From Cyanophyceae cyanobacterium (GTDB lineage Bacteria; Cyanobacteriota; Cyanobacteriia; Cyanobacteriales; JBHJGN01), in NCBI GenBank assembly GCA_050331735.1, contig JBHJGN010000055.1:1-64000 (forward strand): a stretch of 64,000 nt of DNA, given 5' to 3'. A model generated the notes under the pieces. The model had not been told where the DNA came from, searched no databases, and was given only the letters and a program-made list of their open reading frames with translations. The translations under genes were made by a program, and so were the position numbers. Shown piece by piece: positions 29,701 through 38,425 of the stretch. Numbering within the stretch: position 1 is the first letter of the stretch; each line of letters opens with the position of its first letter.

Positions 29701-31903
29701 GCAGGAGTCGCTGTTGCGGGTCAATCAGTTTAGCTTCTTTAGGGCTGTAGCCAAAAAACTCAGCGTCGAAGAACTCAATATCATCCAGGATCGGACTCGC
29801 TTTAACGTAGTGGGGGTGATTGAGCAGGGTTTGCTCAACGCTTTTGGCCAGTTCCGCATTGGTAAAAAAGGTGATTGATTCTATCCCGTTACATAAATTC
29901 TGCCAGAACTGGTCCACGGTGGCGGCTCCCGGAAACCGACAGGCCATACCAATAACGGCAATATCGCTACTGGTGCGAGGAAAACGCTGGCGCAGCGATC
30001 GCCTTTGGTCCAAATTCCTTGGAACCTGCTGACTGAGGTATTGAGCGAGAGCTTCGATGGTTGGATACTGAAATAACTCTACTACTGAAAGCTGCCGTTG
30101 CAGTCGTTCGTGAAGCTGGTAGAGAACCTGCATCAGCAGCAGGGAATTGCCTCCTAGTTCAAAAAAATTGTCGGTCAATCCCGCTGCGTCAATCTTGAGC
30201 ACGTTCTGCCAAATCTGGGCAATCTGACGCTCTAAGTCGTTCCGGGGCGGAAGGCGATCGCCCCCTCGCTCGAGTTCCCGAATCTGCTGTACGATTTCCT
30301 TAAACTCCCCGTGTTGAAAGCGCTGGCTAAGCTGCTGACGCTGAATTTTACCTAGGCTAGTTTTCGGAATCGCTTCTTTGGCAACCGGAATCACATAATT
30401 GGGAACCGCACCAATTTTACGGGCAACCGTTCTCCGAATCGTTTTAATCAGGTTAATTAAAGAGTCATCCGAGCAGGTTGGATGGCAGAATAGGGCTAAA
30501 CGCTCTGTGGCATCATCATCGCCTCGCACTGCACAGGCGGCAGTATAAGACACCGCTACCCCCTCCAAAGCTTCGACCACCGCTTCAATTTCGTGGCTGT
30601 AGTAGTTCGCGCTGTTGATCACGATGGTGTCTTTCTGCCGTCCGGTAATGGTCAAGCGCCCCTGGCGCAGAAATCCCAGATCTCCGGTGTCGAACCAACC
30701 ATCATCGGTAAACGGGTTGAGGTCGGGTCTACGGTAATAGCCAGAGGTGACAGTTGCTCCTCGGACCTGAAGCAGACCCACCGTTCCCGCTTCGACGAGA
30801 TGACCATCGGCATCGACAATCCGCAGACACACTCCAGGAATCGGTGCACCCACCTCCACAAACGGCTCATCCCCAGTTTGTAGTCGGGAGTGGGCAATAC
30901 CGGAGCAGGTTTCAGACATGCCGTAGCCGGGACTAATTGCGCTACTCGCTAGCCCGTGGGGAGCGAGTAGCTCTGAAAACCGTCTTGCCGTTCGACCAAC
31001 CACCGCTTCTGCCCCGTTCCCCATCCAGCGCACCGACGACAAGTCCCAGTGACGCTGTTGGCTGGTGGTGGCGTGGCTATTAACCAAGCCATAGGCAAAA
31101 TTAGGAGCCCACGTTGCCGTGACACGATATTGCTCGATGAGGTCTAGCCATTTCAGCGGAGCCTGTAGAATGATTTCCGTTGGCACGTGGATTTGCTCAC
31201 AGCCCAGATACGCGGGAGTAAAATGGAACATCACCAAACTAGCCACGTGCTCTAGAGGCATCCAGTTCAGGGTAATATCCTCCGCCGTTAATTGATTCAC
31301 CGTCGCCATCCCGTAGGCACTCGCCAGCAGATTGCGAGCGCTCAGCATCACACCTTTTGGGTTCCCGGTACTGCCGGAAGTCATCAGCATCAGCGCCACG
31401 TCGTCAAGCTGACCAACGTGATAGTTGCTGTCCGGAGTGGCTTGCCGTAACTCTTCGACGGCGACTGCTGCAAATGCGCCCAAGGAAGAAGCGTGAATAG
31501 CGTCAACTAATGCTTGTTCTGTGATGATGGGGGGGCGATCGCACAACTGCCACGTTTGATACAGTAAACGGGCTTGAGCATCTGTGGAGCGAGAAGCCAC
31601 AGGAAGCGGCACAGGCACAATGCCCCCTAATACACAGCCCCAGAATACCGAGGTAAAGAAGTGAGCGTGAGTGGTTTGGATAATTACCCGGTCTTGGGGC
31701 TTTAGCCCTAGCGCCCTCAGTCCACCCAAGATATGCTCGGCTTGCTTGAGTAAAGCCGCATAAGGAAGGCTACCGTCAAGCTGATGGATTCCGGCTGAGG
31801 TTTGAGCCGCTCGCTGGAGAACTTTGCTCAGAGGAATAAAGGCTGCTTCAGGAACCGAGCCACCATCACTAACGGAGAGTTGGGTTCCTACACGTTCGAT
31901 CAT
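23723..31903 (-). CDS. Hybrid megasynthase A-T-KS-AT-DH-ER-KR-ACP, no thioesterase
   Basis: TSGSTGNPKG, GYGMSET, TGDLG; GGNSL; VQTACSTS/HGTGT; GHSLG/CAFHS; HPLLG + H..Y....PG; HAAAGGVG; GGLGALG/LDD/YAAAN; GLDSL. Confidence 0.93.
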   Translation of the reverse strand: MIERVGTQLSVSDGGSVPEAAFIPLSKVLQRAAQTSAGIHQLDGSLPYAALLKQAEHILGGLRALGLKPQDRVIIQTTHAHFFTSVFWGCVLGGIVPVPLPVASRSTDAQARLLYQTWQLCDRPPIITEQALVDAIHASSLGAFAAVAVEELRQATPDSNYHVGQLDDVALMLMTSGSTGNPKGVMLSARNLLASAYGMATVNQLTAEDITLNWMPLEHVASLVMFHFTPAYLGCEQIHVPTEIILQAPLKWLDLIEQYRVTATWAPNFAYGLVNSHATTSQQRHWDLSSVRWMGNGAEAVVGRTARRFSELLAPHGLASSAISPGYGMSETCSGIAHSRLQTGDEPFVEVGAPIPGVCLRIVDADGHLVEAGTVGLLQVRGATVTSGYYRRPDLNPFTDDGWFDTGDLGFLRQGRLTITGRQKDTIVINSANYYSHEIEAVVEALEGVAVSYTAACAVRGDDDATERLALFCHPTCSDDSLINLIKTIRRTVARKIGAVPNYVIPVAKEAIPKTSLGKIQRQQLSQRFQHGEFKEIVQQIRELERGGDRLPPRNDLERQIAQIWQNVLKIDAAGLTDNFFELGGNSLLLMQVLYQLHERLQRQLSVVELFQYPTIEALAQYLSQQVPRNLDQRRSLRQRFPRTSSDIAVIGMACRFPGAATVDQFWQNLCNGIESITFFTNAELAKSVEQTLLNHPHYVKASPILDDIEFFDAEFFGYSPKEAKLIDPQQRLLLECAWESLEDAGYSPLTYPGAIACYAGAAANTYFLNNVYPNRHYLDADSDLQVFTLSSTGGFQATVANDKDYLTTRVSYKLNLTGPSVNVQTACSTSLVAVHLASQSLLTGECDMALAGGVSVHVPQVGYLYQEGTIFSADGHCRAFDANAQGTIFGSGAGMVVLKRLEEAVADGDRIYAVIKGSAINNDGGTKVGYLAPNGEGQANVVAQALAVAGVEAQTISYVEAHGTGTILGDPIEVAALTQAFRSGTQAVQKRYCALGSVKTNVGHLQIASGIAGFIKTVLALHHKQLPPSLHFNTPNPQIDFANSPFYVNTARQDWQTDYPRRAGVNSLGIGGTNAHVILEEAPVRRREQAIERPGHLLALSARSEPALRELVTRYGQFLQQTEASTADICFTVNTGRATFEHRLAVVATSKLELRQQLQVLAQQPTQSGRGIANRQRPQIAFLFTGQGSQSLNMGQELSETQSQFRTTLERCATFLEPDLDKPLLEIYSSAELLNQTVYAQPALFALEYALAQLWISWGVTPSAVLGHSLGEYVAACVGGVFSLEAALKLVAARGRLMQALPQRGIMVAVAASAAQVREAIAPYPEIAIAAINAPKRVVVSGPQQAVEKAIACLNGPKKVLPGPCAFHSPLIEPMLAQFEQVASQIEYATPRLEIVSTVTGDRIGAEIATPQYWCRQIRSTVRFADGIKTLQQLGTTIFLECGPQPTLIQLGRLTIKQPDCHWLPSLHPQRSPWQTILPTLAQLYVQGATIDWMSFNRGYSCSRVSLPTYPFQRQRYWIEPPPRTELKALPATHPLLGQRTPTAFKKTLFTAELSSHQPHYLQDHRVYQQVILPGSAYLEMALAAGEANPSLMLENVAIQQPLMLSDRPQTVQLVLHSGTVQTFEIYSLGDEDWRLHCSGNLVKQPPPQQTIDLAVRSHLEEIDVAAHYRHCQERGIDYGLSFRGIKKLWGRGSEALGWIERPDNVSATAYQLHPALLDACCQVILALLPESPLYLPVAVERLRYYRRPGQHLWSYVRLRSQGAEAVVTADVRLFDEAGAIAELDGLSAKRASRERLSGSSSQDLYQIEWRRQPLQWSSELPKGKWLIFADRGGVAQQLAAKFKQPCVLVDPGEYRETPDRVNPDHREDFYRLLTTVGPIQGVIHLWSLDADASELESPALRDRENLLPSQKSSLETYIKHSCGSTLHLVQALVQTGLNPRLWLVTQGAQAVAGRGVALAQSCLWGMAGAIAREHPEFNCVQVDLDPQSGSIDQLWAEICAGEGERVAFRNGNRYVARLVHPREQASSLQPLQLTSNPRGTLDNLQWQPSARSQPGFGEVTVRARAVGLNFRDVLNALDLYPGDPGALGLECTGEIVALGQGVAGFEIGEAVVAIAPGCFRELVTVKAALVVPTKLSFATAATIPVAFSTAFYTLHTLAKMRSGERVLIHAAAGGVGQAAVQMAQQAGAEVFATASPGKWDVLRSLGVKYVMNSRTLDFADEILALTDGEGVDIVLNSLAGDFIDKSLAVLRSGGRFVEIGKNGVWSDRQVAQVRPDVAYFLVDLVAVTQQQPTLIQGILNQVMQQIEDGKLTPLPQQVFPQEETVTAFRTMQQAQHIGKIVVTLPERAPQLTIRADGSYLITGGLGALGLHTAQWLAEQGAKHLILVGRSQPSPDAQVTVEQLKHQVQIQVVQADVSNPDEVADLMKMTASLPPLRGLIHAAGVLDDGVLQQQSWERFERVMAPKVRGAWNLHVATQHHHLDFFMLYSSAASLLGAAGQANYAAANAFLDALAHYRHRLGLPGLSINWGAWSQTGLATHWKPAPGIGTIEPQQALDRLKSLLAYAPQVGVIPIDWSQRQPAMPFFADLVAKRSPDGPNLRSQLAAAMPQRRRELLVAHLCSQVANILDLQADEIELQQGFTELGLDSLSSVELRNQLQKSLNCSLSTPITFDYPTVTALADYLEQSLFPHPKLLPIDSATNEIQQLSEYEAEALLLDELDNLNY

Positions 31904-32167
31904 TAGTTACGTTTGAATCTTGCTCTAGCTTTGCGAAGGCTGCGTACTTTTATATCATCGTGAGTGGTAAAACTCAACGAATTGGCTGCGCTAGGATTTA
32001 ATGATAAGCTCTTGGCTTTTAGCGATTAACTCTTAGCTTCAAGAAAGCTTTTAGCTAGATTGAGGGAGATCGCTAAACAAGTGGCTCATCGCTAACAGCT
32101 AACGGCTAAGAGCTAGGAGCTAATTCGTTCCTTCTTCTGCGGCGAGTGATGCGTGGTCAAACAGGAC

Positions 32168-33313
32168 ATGATGAAGACGAGTCGGCTGACAATTTTTGAT
32201 GAAACTCTGCGAGATGGCGCTCAGCAAGTGGGGCTGTTTTTCGAGGATGACATGACGCGATCGCTGGCTCACCTGATTGCCCAAACGGGCGTACATCAGA
32301 TCGCGTTTATGCCTGAAATTGGGGAAAGCGAGGAGCGCTTGGTACAGTCTCTGATTGCGTCAGGGTTGAGCAATCTCACTGCCTCTACCAGGATGGGGCG
32401 GCAGTTTATCGACCACTCCAAAGCCTGCGGGGTGACTCGCATCATCCTCTTTCACGCCGTCTCCGACCAGCTTCTGCTGCTGAGAGCGGAACCTTCTCAG
32501 AAAGCCGAACCTGACCTGACTCGCCTTCGTCAGCAGACCATTGACAAAATTCTGGCCAATTTGCACTACGCAGCCCAGGCTGGCTTGAAAATTGCTTTTG
32601 CCGCCGAAGATGCTAGTCGAGCAGATTTTGGCTTTTTAGTGGAGTGCATTGAGGCGTTTAGTCCGTATCTGGAACACTTTTTACTCTGCGATACCGTTGG
32701 AGTGCTAACCCCAGAAAAAAGCTATATTTGGGTTCACGATCTGCTGCAAACCACCCAAGCATCCTTAGCCGTTCATTTTCACAACGATATGGGGTTAGCC
32801 TTGGAAAATACGATTCAGGCGGTCTTAGCTGGAGCCACAGGCGTTTCGGGGACGTTTGGCGGTATTGGAGAACGAGCGGGAAATGTGGCCCTGGAGCAGG
32901 TTTTAAACGGTTTACGGCTGCGCTTTGGCTGGAAGGTGGCAGGCATTGATTACGCCGCCCTGGCGGAAGTCACCAACTGTCTAGAGCAATGGGGAATCCG
33001 AGCCAATGCTCCCTACTCTGCGCAGGCGCAGCGCTACGAAGCCGGAATTCACGTCAATTCCCTGCTGCGCGATCGCACCAGCTACTCTATTTTTCCCTAT
33101 GGAAAACCGGAAATTTGGTTTGGCAAGTGCAGTGGAGCGAGCAATTTTCAGTACCTCTTTGAACAGCTTCAGCAACCGCTTAAAAAAGAGCAGTACGAGC
33201 AACTGCGATCGCAGATCAAAACCCTAGCCATCCAGGAAAAACGCTCGTTTTCAACCCAGGAAATTTTGGCAATGTTGCAGCAGGGAGTTCTTAAGATTGA
33301 GGGAGAGCAATAA
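32168..33313 (+). CDS. LeuA/homocitrate-synthase family (DRE-TIM) enzyme lacking the regulatory domain
   Basis: DETLRDGAQQ, CDTVG, HFHND.G, GIGERAGN. Confidence 0.85.
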   Translation: MMKTSRLTIFDETLRDGAQQVGLFFEDDMTRSLAHLIAQTGVHQIAFMPEIGESEERLVQSLIASGLSNLTASTRMGRQFIDHSKACGVTRIILFHAVSDQLLLLRAEPSQKAEPDLTRLRQQTIDKILANLHYAAQAGLKIAFAAEDASRADFGFLVECIEAFSPYLEHFLLCDTVGVLTPEKSYIWVHDLLQTTQASLAVHFHNDMGLALENTIQAVLAGATGVSGTFGGIGERAGNVALEQVLNGLRLRFGWKVAGIDYAALAEVTNCLEQWGIRANAPYSAQAQRYEAGIHVNSLLRDRTSYSIFPYGKPEIWFGKCSGASNFQYLFEQLQQPLKKEQYEQLRSQIKTLAIQEKRSFSTQEILAMLQQGVLKIEGEQ

Positions 33314-33785
33314 TTAAGGGGAATAGATGTTAGTCGTTCACGGTTACTGCTAATCTGGTTTAGTTTAGACTAACACTATAATAAGCAGCCATGCCAGGAG
33401 CTTAATCCGTTAAGCGCTTTCGCAAATCACAAATTAATTTGACTCTTTCCTAGCTCTGGCAGGCTTGTCAAGACTTTAAAATATTATTGCTAATTATTAC
33501 TAAAGTAATCATTGCTGCAAAATTTGCCAATTGCTGAAATATTTAGGTTGCCAGAGAAATACGGTGTCAGCAATAGTATTTCCAAAAAACATGGCAATAC
33601 TACTTACCTAAATTCGAGCAAATTTGTTGATTATTTAGTACATAGAGATTATAGTTCAACTGTCCGAACAAAATTATTTCGACTAACAAAAAATCTTGGT
33701 AGCACATACCTCAGTTTCGATTTGGCGTGAGAAATGAACGGTCATTGATGTCTCCCAACAAAAATTGAGACTCAGGGATAACCAA

Positions 33786-34742
33786 ATGAATCTTTCACTA
33801 CCGTTAGCATTAGTGGTGTCTGCGGCAGCTATCACCAGTTTCTCCCCCCCGGCAAGGGCACAAGCATCATCTTTTGGCGAACAAGAAGTCGAGCGAGAGC
33901 GCTTTGTCGCAGTAGCCGCGCCTTATCGTCATGGCTATAACCTGATGATTATCGAACAGATTCCAGGCCAAAGAAAATGCTGGAACGAACTCGGAGCTTA
34001 TCCTACTGTTGTCGAGCCTTTGCTGCTTAATTTCGATTTTACGAATGCTTGTCGAAGAAGCTCTAGCAGTAATAATTATTCTATTCGTCTAGGCGATCAA
34101 GATTTAGGTATGGATTATTTGCCTGAGATTGTCAAAAAAAATGGAGAATTGCAGTTAATTGCGACTCCTCGCGCTCCGCATCTGCCAGAATTACAGATTG
34201 GGAGAACCTATGGCTTTAGTTCTGGTGCGCTCAAAATTCACTTCAATCCAGGGTGGCGTATAACCAAGCGGACCTATGAAGGAGAGACAACACAACATAT
34301 CTATCTCAGCAGCAACTCTAGCGGGGAACCGTTGCTCAGTCAAACAGCCCCATCAGCCGCTGATGGCGAGCAACAAGTCCCCAACATTTATTTAGATGTA
34401 GCTCCCGCAACCAATTCCGATGTCTCCTATCAACAACCTAATCGTCCTCCAGCCCCTACAGGCAGTGCTGGCTATCCCTATCAACAGCCCCCTAATGTCT
34501 ACCTAGTCCCCGCAGGCAGTGCTGGCTATCCCTATCAACAGCCCCCCAATATCTACCTAGTCCCCGCAGGCAGTGCTGGCTATCCCTATCAACAACCTCC
34601 TAACCTCTATCCAGCCCCGGCAGCTAATCCTGACTCCACCTATCAACAACCTCCCAATGTCTATTTCGTATTGCCAGCGAATCCTGGTTACCCACAGCAG
34701 CCTAGCCCCGCGATCGCACCACCTGTGAATTCCTATGAATAA
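33786..34742 (+). CDS. DUF3747-like secreted protein with a Pro/Gln/Tyr repeat tail
   Basis: Signal peptide; IIEQIP..RKCW.E....P..VEPLLLNFDFT..C.R. Confidence 0.75.
   Translation: MNLSLPLALVVSAAAITSFSPPARAQASSFGEQEVERERFVAVAAPYRHGYNLMIIEQIPGQRKCWNELGAYPTVVEPLLLNFDFTNACRRSSSSNNYSIRLGDQDLGMDYLPEIVKKNGELQLIATPRAPHLPELQIGRTYGFSSGALKIHFNPGWRITKRTYEGETTQHIYLSSNSSGEPLLSQTAPSAADGEQQVPNIYLDVAPATNSDVSYQQPNRPPAPTGSAGYPYQQPPNVYLVPAGSAGYPYQQPPNIYLVPAGSAGYPYQQPPNLYPAPAANPDSTYQQPPNVYFVLPANPGYPQQPSPAIAPPVNSYE
34461..34680 (+). repeat. 54-bp in-frame tandem repeat (GSAGYPYQQPPNxYLVPA), 3 near-perfect plus degenerate copies
   Basis: ggcagtgctggctatccctatcaaca at 34461, 34515 and 34569. Confidence 0.9.
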
Positions 34743-34760
34743 GTCAACATAATCTCCAGT

Positions 34761-34813
34761 GGCGTTGCTGAAGCACGATCGCTCGAGACCATTTGTGCTC
34801 TGACAGCAACGCC
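34761..34813. repeat. Inverted repeat GGCGTTGCTG...CAGCAACGCC between convergent genes
   Basis: 10-bp perfect arms; solo arm also at 52826. Confidence 0.7.
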
Positions 34814-34848
34814 CAATTCGCTTCCTTTCCCGCGCCTCGCAGGAGTAA

Positions 34849-35664
34849 TTATTCTTCCCGCAGTAACCAAAACCCGCTGTAGGTTACGCCTGAACCATCG
34901 GGCTGGATTAGTAAAAAATGCAAGCCCTGAGCAGCTTGTTTGCGCTGTTCGTAAAAAGGAGCCGCTTTCGCGACTTCTGGATCTTCAAACGTCGCCACGA
35001 TCCAGCGATCGACTAGTCCGGCTTCTAACACTAATCCTCCAGACACGCCAACGGCAGTGGGAATATAGTTTAACGCAACAGGCTTGGCTTCTTCCAGCCA
35101 GCGGGCTAACTGCATCGATTTTCTGCCTCCGTAGATCACCACTCCCGGCACAGGAACGGTGGAAGCGATGCCGAGATGGAAAGGCAGGAGAATTTCTGGC
35201 ATAGACAGAATCGGAATGGGGCGATCGCCAAACACCTCGATATCTCCCGCAGGAAGGCTGCCAAAACGCCACTCATCGCCCCACAGCTCATCTGGGAGAG
35301 CCTGCGGTGGTGGCTGTTCCAGCTTCACGGGGTCATAGGCTTTCCCGGTATTGCTATATTGAGCACTCCGTTGGCGTAACTCATCTTTTAAAGCTGCCGT
35401 CCGTCTGGTCGCTTCTACGTCAATACCCAGGTTCTGGGCAGCCGCCCTAAATAAGCCGAGGGACTGGGGACGAAACACCTGAATGGAGTCGGGTTTACCC
35501 TCAGCGGCTTGCTGAAGCTGGGAGGCTAACCAGTCAGAAGTAGCTTGAGACTGAGGACAGCAAGCACTATAGACGCTACCATTGTCACGACAGATCACCA
35601 GTTCCCACAGGGGGTTGCCCTGTTCATTTGAGGGACGCTTGTAAAAATCAGCCTGCCAAATCAT
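34849..35664 (-). CDS. Tab2/Atab2 family RNA-binding protein
   Basis: WQADFYKRP....G.PLWELVIC, LVLEAGLVDRW, GLHFLLIQPD.SG..YSGFWLL. Confidence 0.88.
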   Translation of the reverse strand: MIWQADFYKRPSNEQGNPLWELVICRDNGSVYSACCPQSQATSDWLASQLQQAAEGKPDSIQVFRPQSLGLFRAAAQNLGIDVEATRRTAALKDELRQRSAQYSNTGKAYDPVKLEQPPPQALPDELWGDEWRFGSLPAGDIEVFGDRPIPILSMPEILLPFHLGIASTVPVPGVVIYGGRKSMQLARWLEEAKPVALNYIPTAVGVSGGLVLEAGLVDRWIVATFEDPEVAKAAPFYEQRKQAAQGLHFLLIQPDGSGVTYSGFWLLREE

Positions 35665-35793
35665 ATTGACCTCTAACTAAGTAAACTAGGAAAGATAGGT
35701 TGCCGTCACTACACCCTAAGTCGATGCTGATGACTGGTAATGGCTCATTGTTCACTGAGCGCTAACAACACGATTATGAATTAACGGCTATCG

Positions 35794-36360
35794 ATGGAGA
35801 ATCTTGATTTAGAACAACGGCTGGAAATTGGAACCGTTGTTGCTCCTCAAGGACTGAGAGGGGAACTCCGAGTCTATCCTAATTCTGACTTTCCCGAAAG
35901 ATTTGAACAACCAGGGAAGCGTTGGCTACAGTCCCCGAAAAGCGATCGCCTTCAGGTCGTCGAATTACTCTCCGGACGCTATTTGCCGGGGAAAAAACTT
36001 TATGTCGTTAAACTAGCTGGCGTTAACACCAGAACCGACGCAGAGGCGCTACGAGGATATAAGCTGTTAGTAGACAGGCGCGATCGCCCTCACCTCGAAG
36101 AAGATGAATACCACGTTTCTGATTTGCTCGGTCTCGAAGTATACAATCAGTTGACCAGAGAAACGATTGGCGTAGTCACAGACGTTTTTGGGGCTGGTAA
36201 CGATCTGTTAGCCGTGAAGCTGTCCCCCCTCGATACTCCTCAGCACAAGTCAGCAACAGTCCTAATTCCATTTGTCAAAGAAATCGTTCCCGTTGTCGAT
36301 ATCCAAAGAGGACGGTTAGAAATTACTCCTCCATTAGGGCTGCTAGAAGTAAATCAGTAG
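35794..36360 (+). CDS. rimM: Ribosome maturation factor RimM
   Basis: IGTVVAPQGLRGELRV, DEYHVSDLLG, LIPFVKEIVP.VD. Confidence 0.95.
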   Translation: MENLDLEQRLEIGTVVAPQGLRGELRVYPNSDFPERFEQPGKRWLQSPKSDRLQVVELLSGRYLPGKKLYVVKLAGVNTRTDAEALRGYKLLVDRRDRPHLEEDEYHVSDLLGLEVYNQLTRETIGVVTDVFGAGNDLLAVKLSPLDTPQHKSATVLIPFVKEIVPVVDIQRGRLEITPPLGLLEVNQ

Positions 36361-36459
36361 TTTTTTTGTTCGCAGAAGTCAGCAGTCAGAAGCAGTGCGA
36401 TCACCCTAATTCTCTCATTCCCTTTCCCCCTTCCCCCTTCCCCTTTCCCCTCACTAATA

Positions 36460-38238
36460 TCAAAGTCCATACAGCCACACAATCAATAGCGGTGTCACAA
36501 CGGCTAGCAGCAAGTTTAGAGGACCGCCGACGCGAGTAAAATCTAGAAACTTATAGCCTCCAGGACCATAGACCATTGTGTTTGTTTGATACCCAATCGG
36601 AGTCATAAAGCTATTCGAGGCGGCAAACGTGACGGCAAACATAAACGCAAACGGATTGAGTCCTAACGTTTGCGCTACCTCAGCCGCCACCGGAATCATC
36701 AGCACCACCGCCGCATTGTTGGAAATAATTTCTGTTAGTAACGAAGTAATCACGTAGAAAAAGGTCAGTATCCAGTAGCTGGAGAACTCTCCTCCCATTG
36801 CGACTAAATTGTTGGCTAACCAGGCAGTGGTGCCAGAATTATCCATCGCAATCCCCAGGGGGATCAGTCCAGCTAAGAGAAAGATAATGTCCCACCGCAC
36901 TGCACCGTAAATTTCCCCAGGCTTAAGACAGCCTGTCACCACCATCAGGACGACTCCGGCTAAAGCACTAACCAAAATCGGCAGCCAGTCCAACGCCGCC
37001 ACGACAACAACCCCAATAGCAATAGCGACCGCGATCCCAGCTTTATCCTGCCGCAGCGTCTCTAACTCTCGCTGTTCTAGTACCAGCAGTTCCCGCGTTG
37101 TTTGCAAACCAATGAAACTCTGCTGCGGTCCCTGCACCAGCAGCACGTCACCAAAGCGCAGCGGCACTTTACCGAGGCGATCGCGCACCAGTTCTTGACC
37201 GCGCCGGATGGCTAACACAGTCGCGTTATAGCGCTGTCGAAACCGCAGATCTTTGAGAGTAGAACCGATTAGACGAGAGTTGGACAGGATCAGAACCTCG
37301 GCCACTCTTTCCTCTCCTGAAGTCAACTGGTCAATACTGCCAAATTGAGCATCTGCCAGAATTTCTAGCCCTTTTTCATCTTTAATTTTTAATAAATCTT
37401 CCCGACTGACTCGCACTAACAAGACATCTCCGGCTGCAAAGGTTTTATCAGCTAACGGCTGCGGGAAATGAATCTCATTGCGAATTAGTTCCAGCACGTC
37501 GAGATCGAACTTGCGCTGGAGCTGGCTTTGGCGTAGGGTTTGATCAATCAGGCTAGAGCGAGGGGTAATTACCACTTCGCCGACGTACTCCCTCAGATCG
37601 TAATCGGCTCCTACCAGGTCGCCAATGGGTTTTCTATTCGGCAGCAGTCGCGGGGCTACGAGCGCTAAATAAACTAAACCAACGGCAAAAGACAATAGAC
37701 CCAGAGCGGTAAATTGAAATAAACCAAACTCTCCATAACCCAACTGTGCCGAGATGCCGCTAGCGAGAAGATTGGTTGATGTACCAATGAGCGTAATCAT
37801 GCCGCCTAATATAGCCACGTAAGAGAGGGGCATCAGCAGCTTAGAAACAGAAATGCCGCCTTTTTTGCCCCACTCCTCGACCAGCGGCAGAAACACAGCC
37901 ACCACTGCTGTATTGTTAATCAACGCTGAGATCGGACCAACAATCGCCCCTAGCACCACAATCTGCTGAGAAGTGCGATCGCCTCCCCACTTCAGTAACC
38001 AGTCCCGCACCACCTGAATCACTCCAGTGCGCGTAATGCCAGCACTGAGGATAAACATTGCGAGTACCGTCACGGTCGCTGAGTTACTGAATCCAGACAC
38101 GCCCTCTTCTGGCGTAACCAATCCCAGCAGCATTAAAACAACGGCAACAATAATCGCAATCAGGTCGGCAGGCAGCCATTCCGTCACAAAGCCAATCAAA
38201 GCCAGGGCGACAACGCCAAGAGTCAGAATGATATCCAT
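36460..38238 (-). CDS. SLC13-family permease with TrkA-C domains
   Basis: GGMITLIGTSTN, SFMTPIGYQTNTMVYGPGGYKF.DF. Confidence 0.9.
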   Translation of the reverse strand: MDIILTLGVVALALIGFVTEWLPADLIAIIVAVVLMLLGLVTPEEGVSGFSNSATVTVLAMFILSAGITRTGVIQVVRDWLLKWGGDRTSQQIVVLGAIVGPISALINNTAVVAVFLPLVEEWGKKGGISVSKLLMPLSYVAILGGMITLIGTSTNLLASGISAQLGYGEFGLFQFTALGLLSFAVGLVYLALVAPRLLPNRKPIGDLVGADYDLREYVGEVVITPRSSLIDQTLRQSQLQRKFDLDVLELIRNEIHFPQPLADKTFAAGDVLLVRVSREDLLKIKDEKGLEILADAQFGSIDQLTSGEERVAEVLILSNSRLIGSTLKDLRFRQRYNATVLAIRRGQELVRDRLGKVPLRFGDVLLVQGPQQSFIGLQTTRELLVLEQRELETLRQDKAGIAVAIAIGVVVVAALDWLPILVSALAGVVLMVVTGCLKPGEIYGAVRWDIIFLLAGLIPLGIAMDNSGTTAWLANNLVAMGGEFSSYWILTFFYVITSLLTEIISNNAAVVLMIPVAAEVAQTLGLNPFAFMFAVTFAASNSFMTPIGYQTNTMVYGPGGYKFLDFTRVGGPLNLLLAVVTPLLIVWLYGL

Positions 38239-38259
38239 ACGAATCTTATGTCAAGAAAT

Positions 38260-38425
38260 GTCCCTTCGGGACGGGAAAATAGTTTCTGCGAAACGGGGAA
38301 AGGGAAATCTGTCCAGTGCAGGACGGGGAAAGAACACAGGAATAGGAAACAGACTTGCTCACCACTCCCTTTCCCCCTTACCCTTTATCCTTTTCCCGCG
38401 CCAGCGGCGCTTCCCCTTTTCCCGT
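38260..38425. repeat. Composite inverted-arm heptamer/hairpin block overlapping the ATPase 3' end
   Basis: GTCCC-TTC-GGGAC, GTTTC-TGC-GAAAC, GCGCC-AGC-GGCGC within heptamer tracts. Confidence 0.8.

Noticed and set aside
23723..31903. Olefin synthase (Ols) despite similar size
   Set aside because: Has DH and ER and lacks the sulfotransferase and thioesterase domains.
33512..33730. 72-aa ORF
   Set aside because: TTG start in AT-rich intergenic DNA, no motif; likely promoter region.
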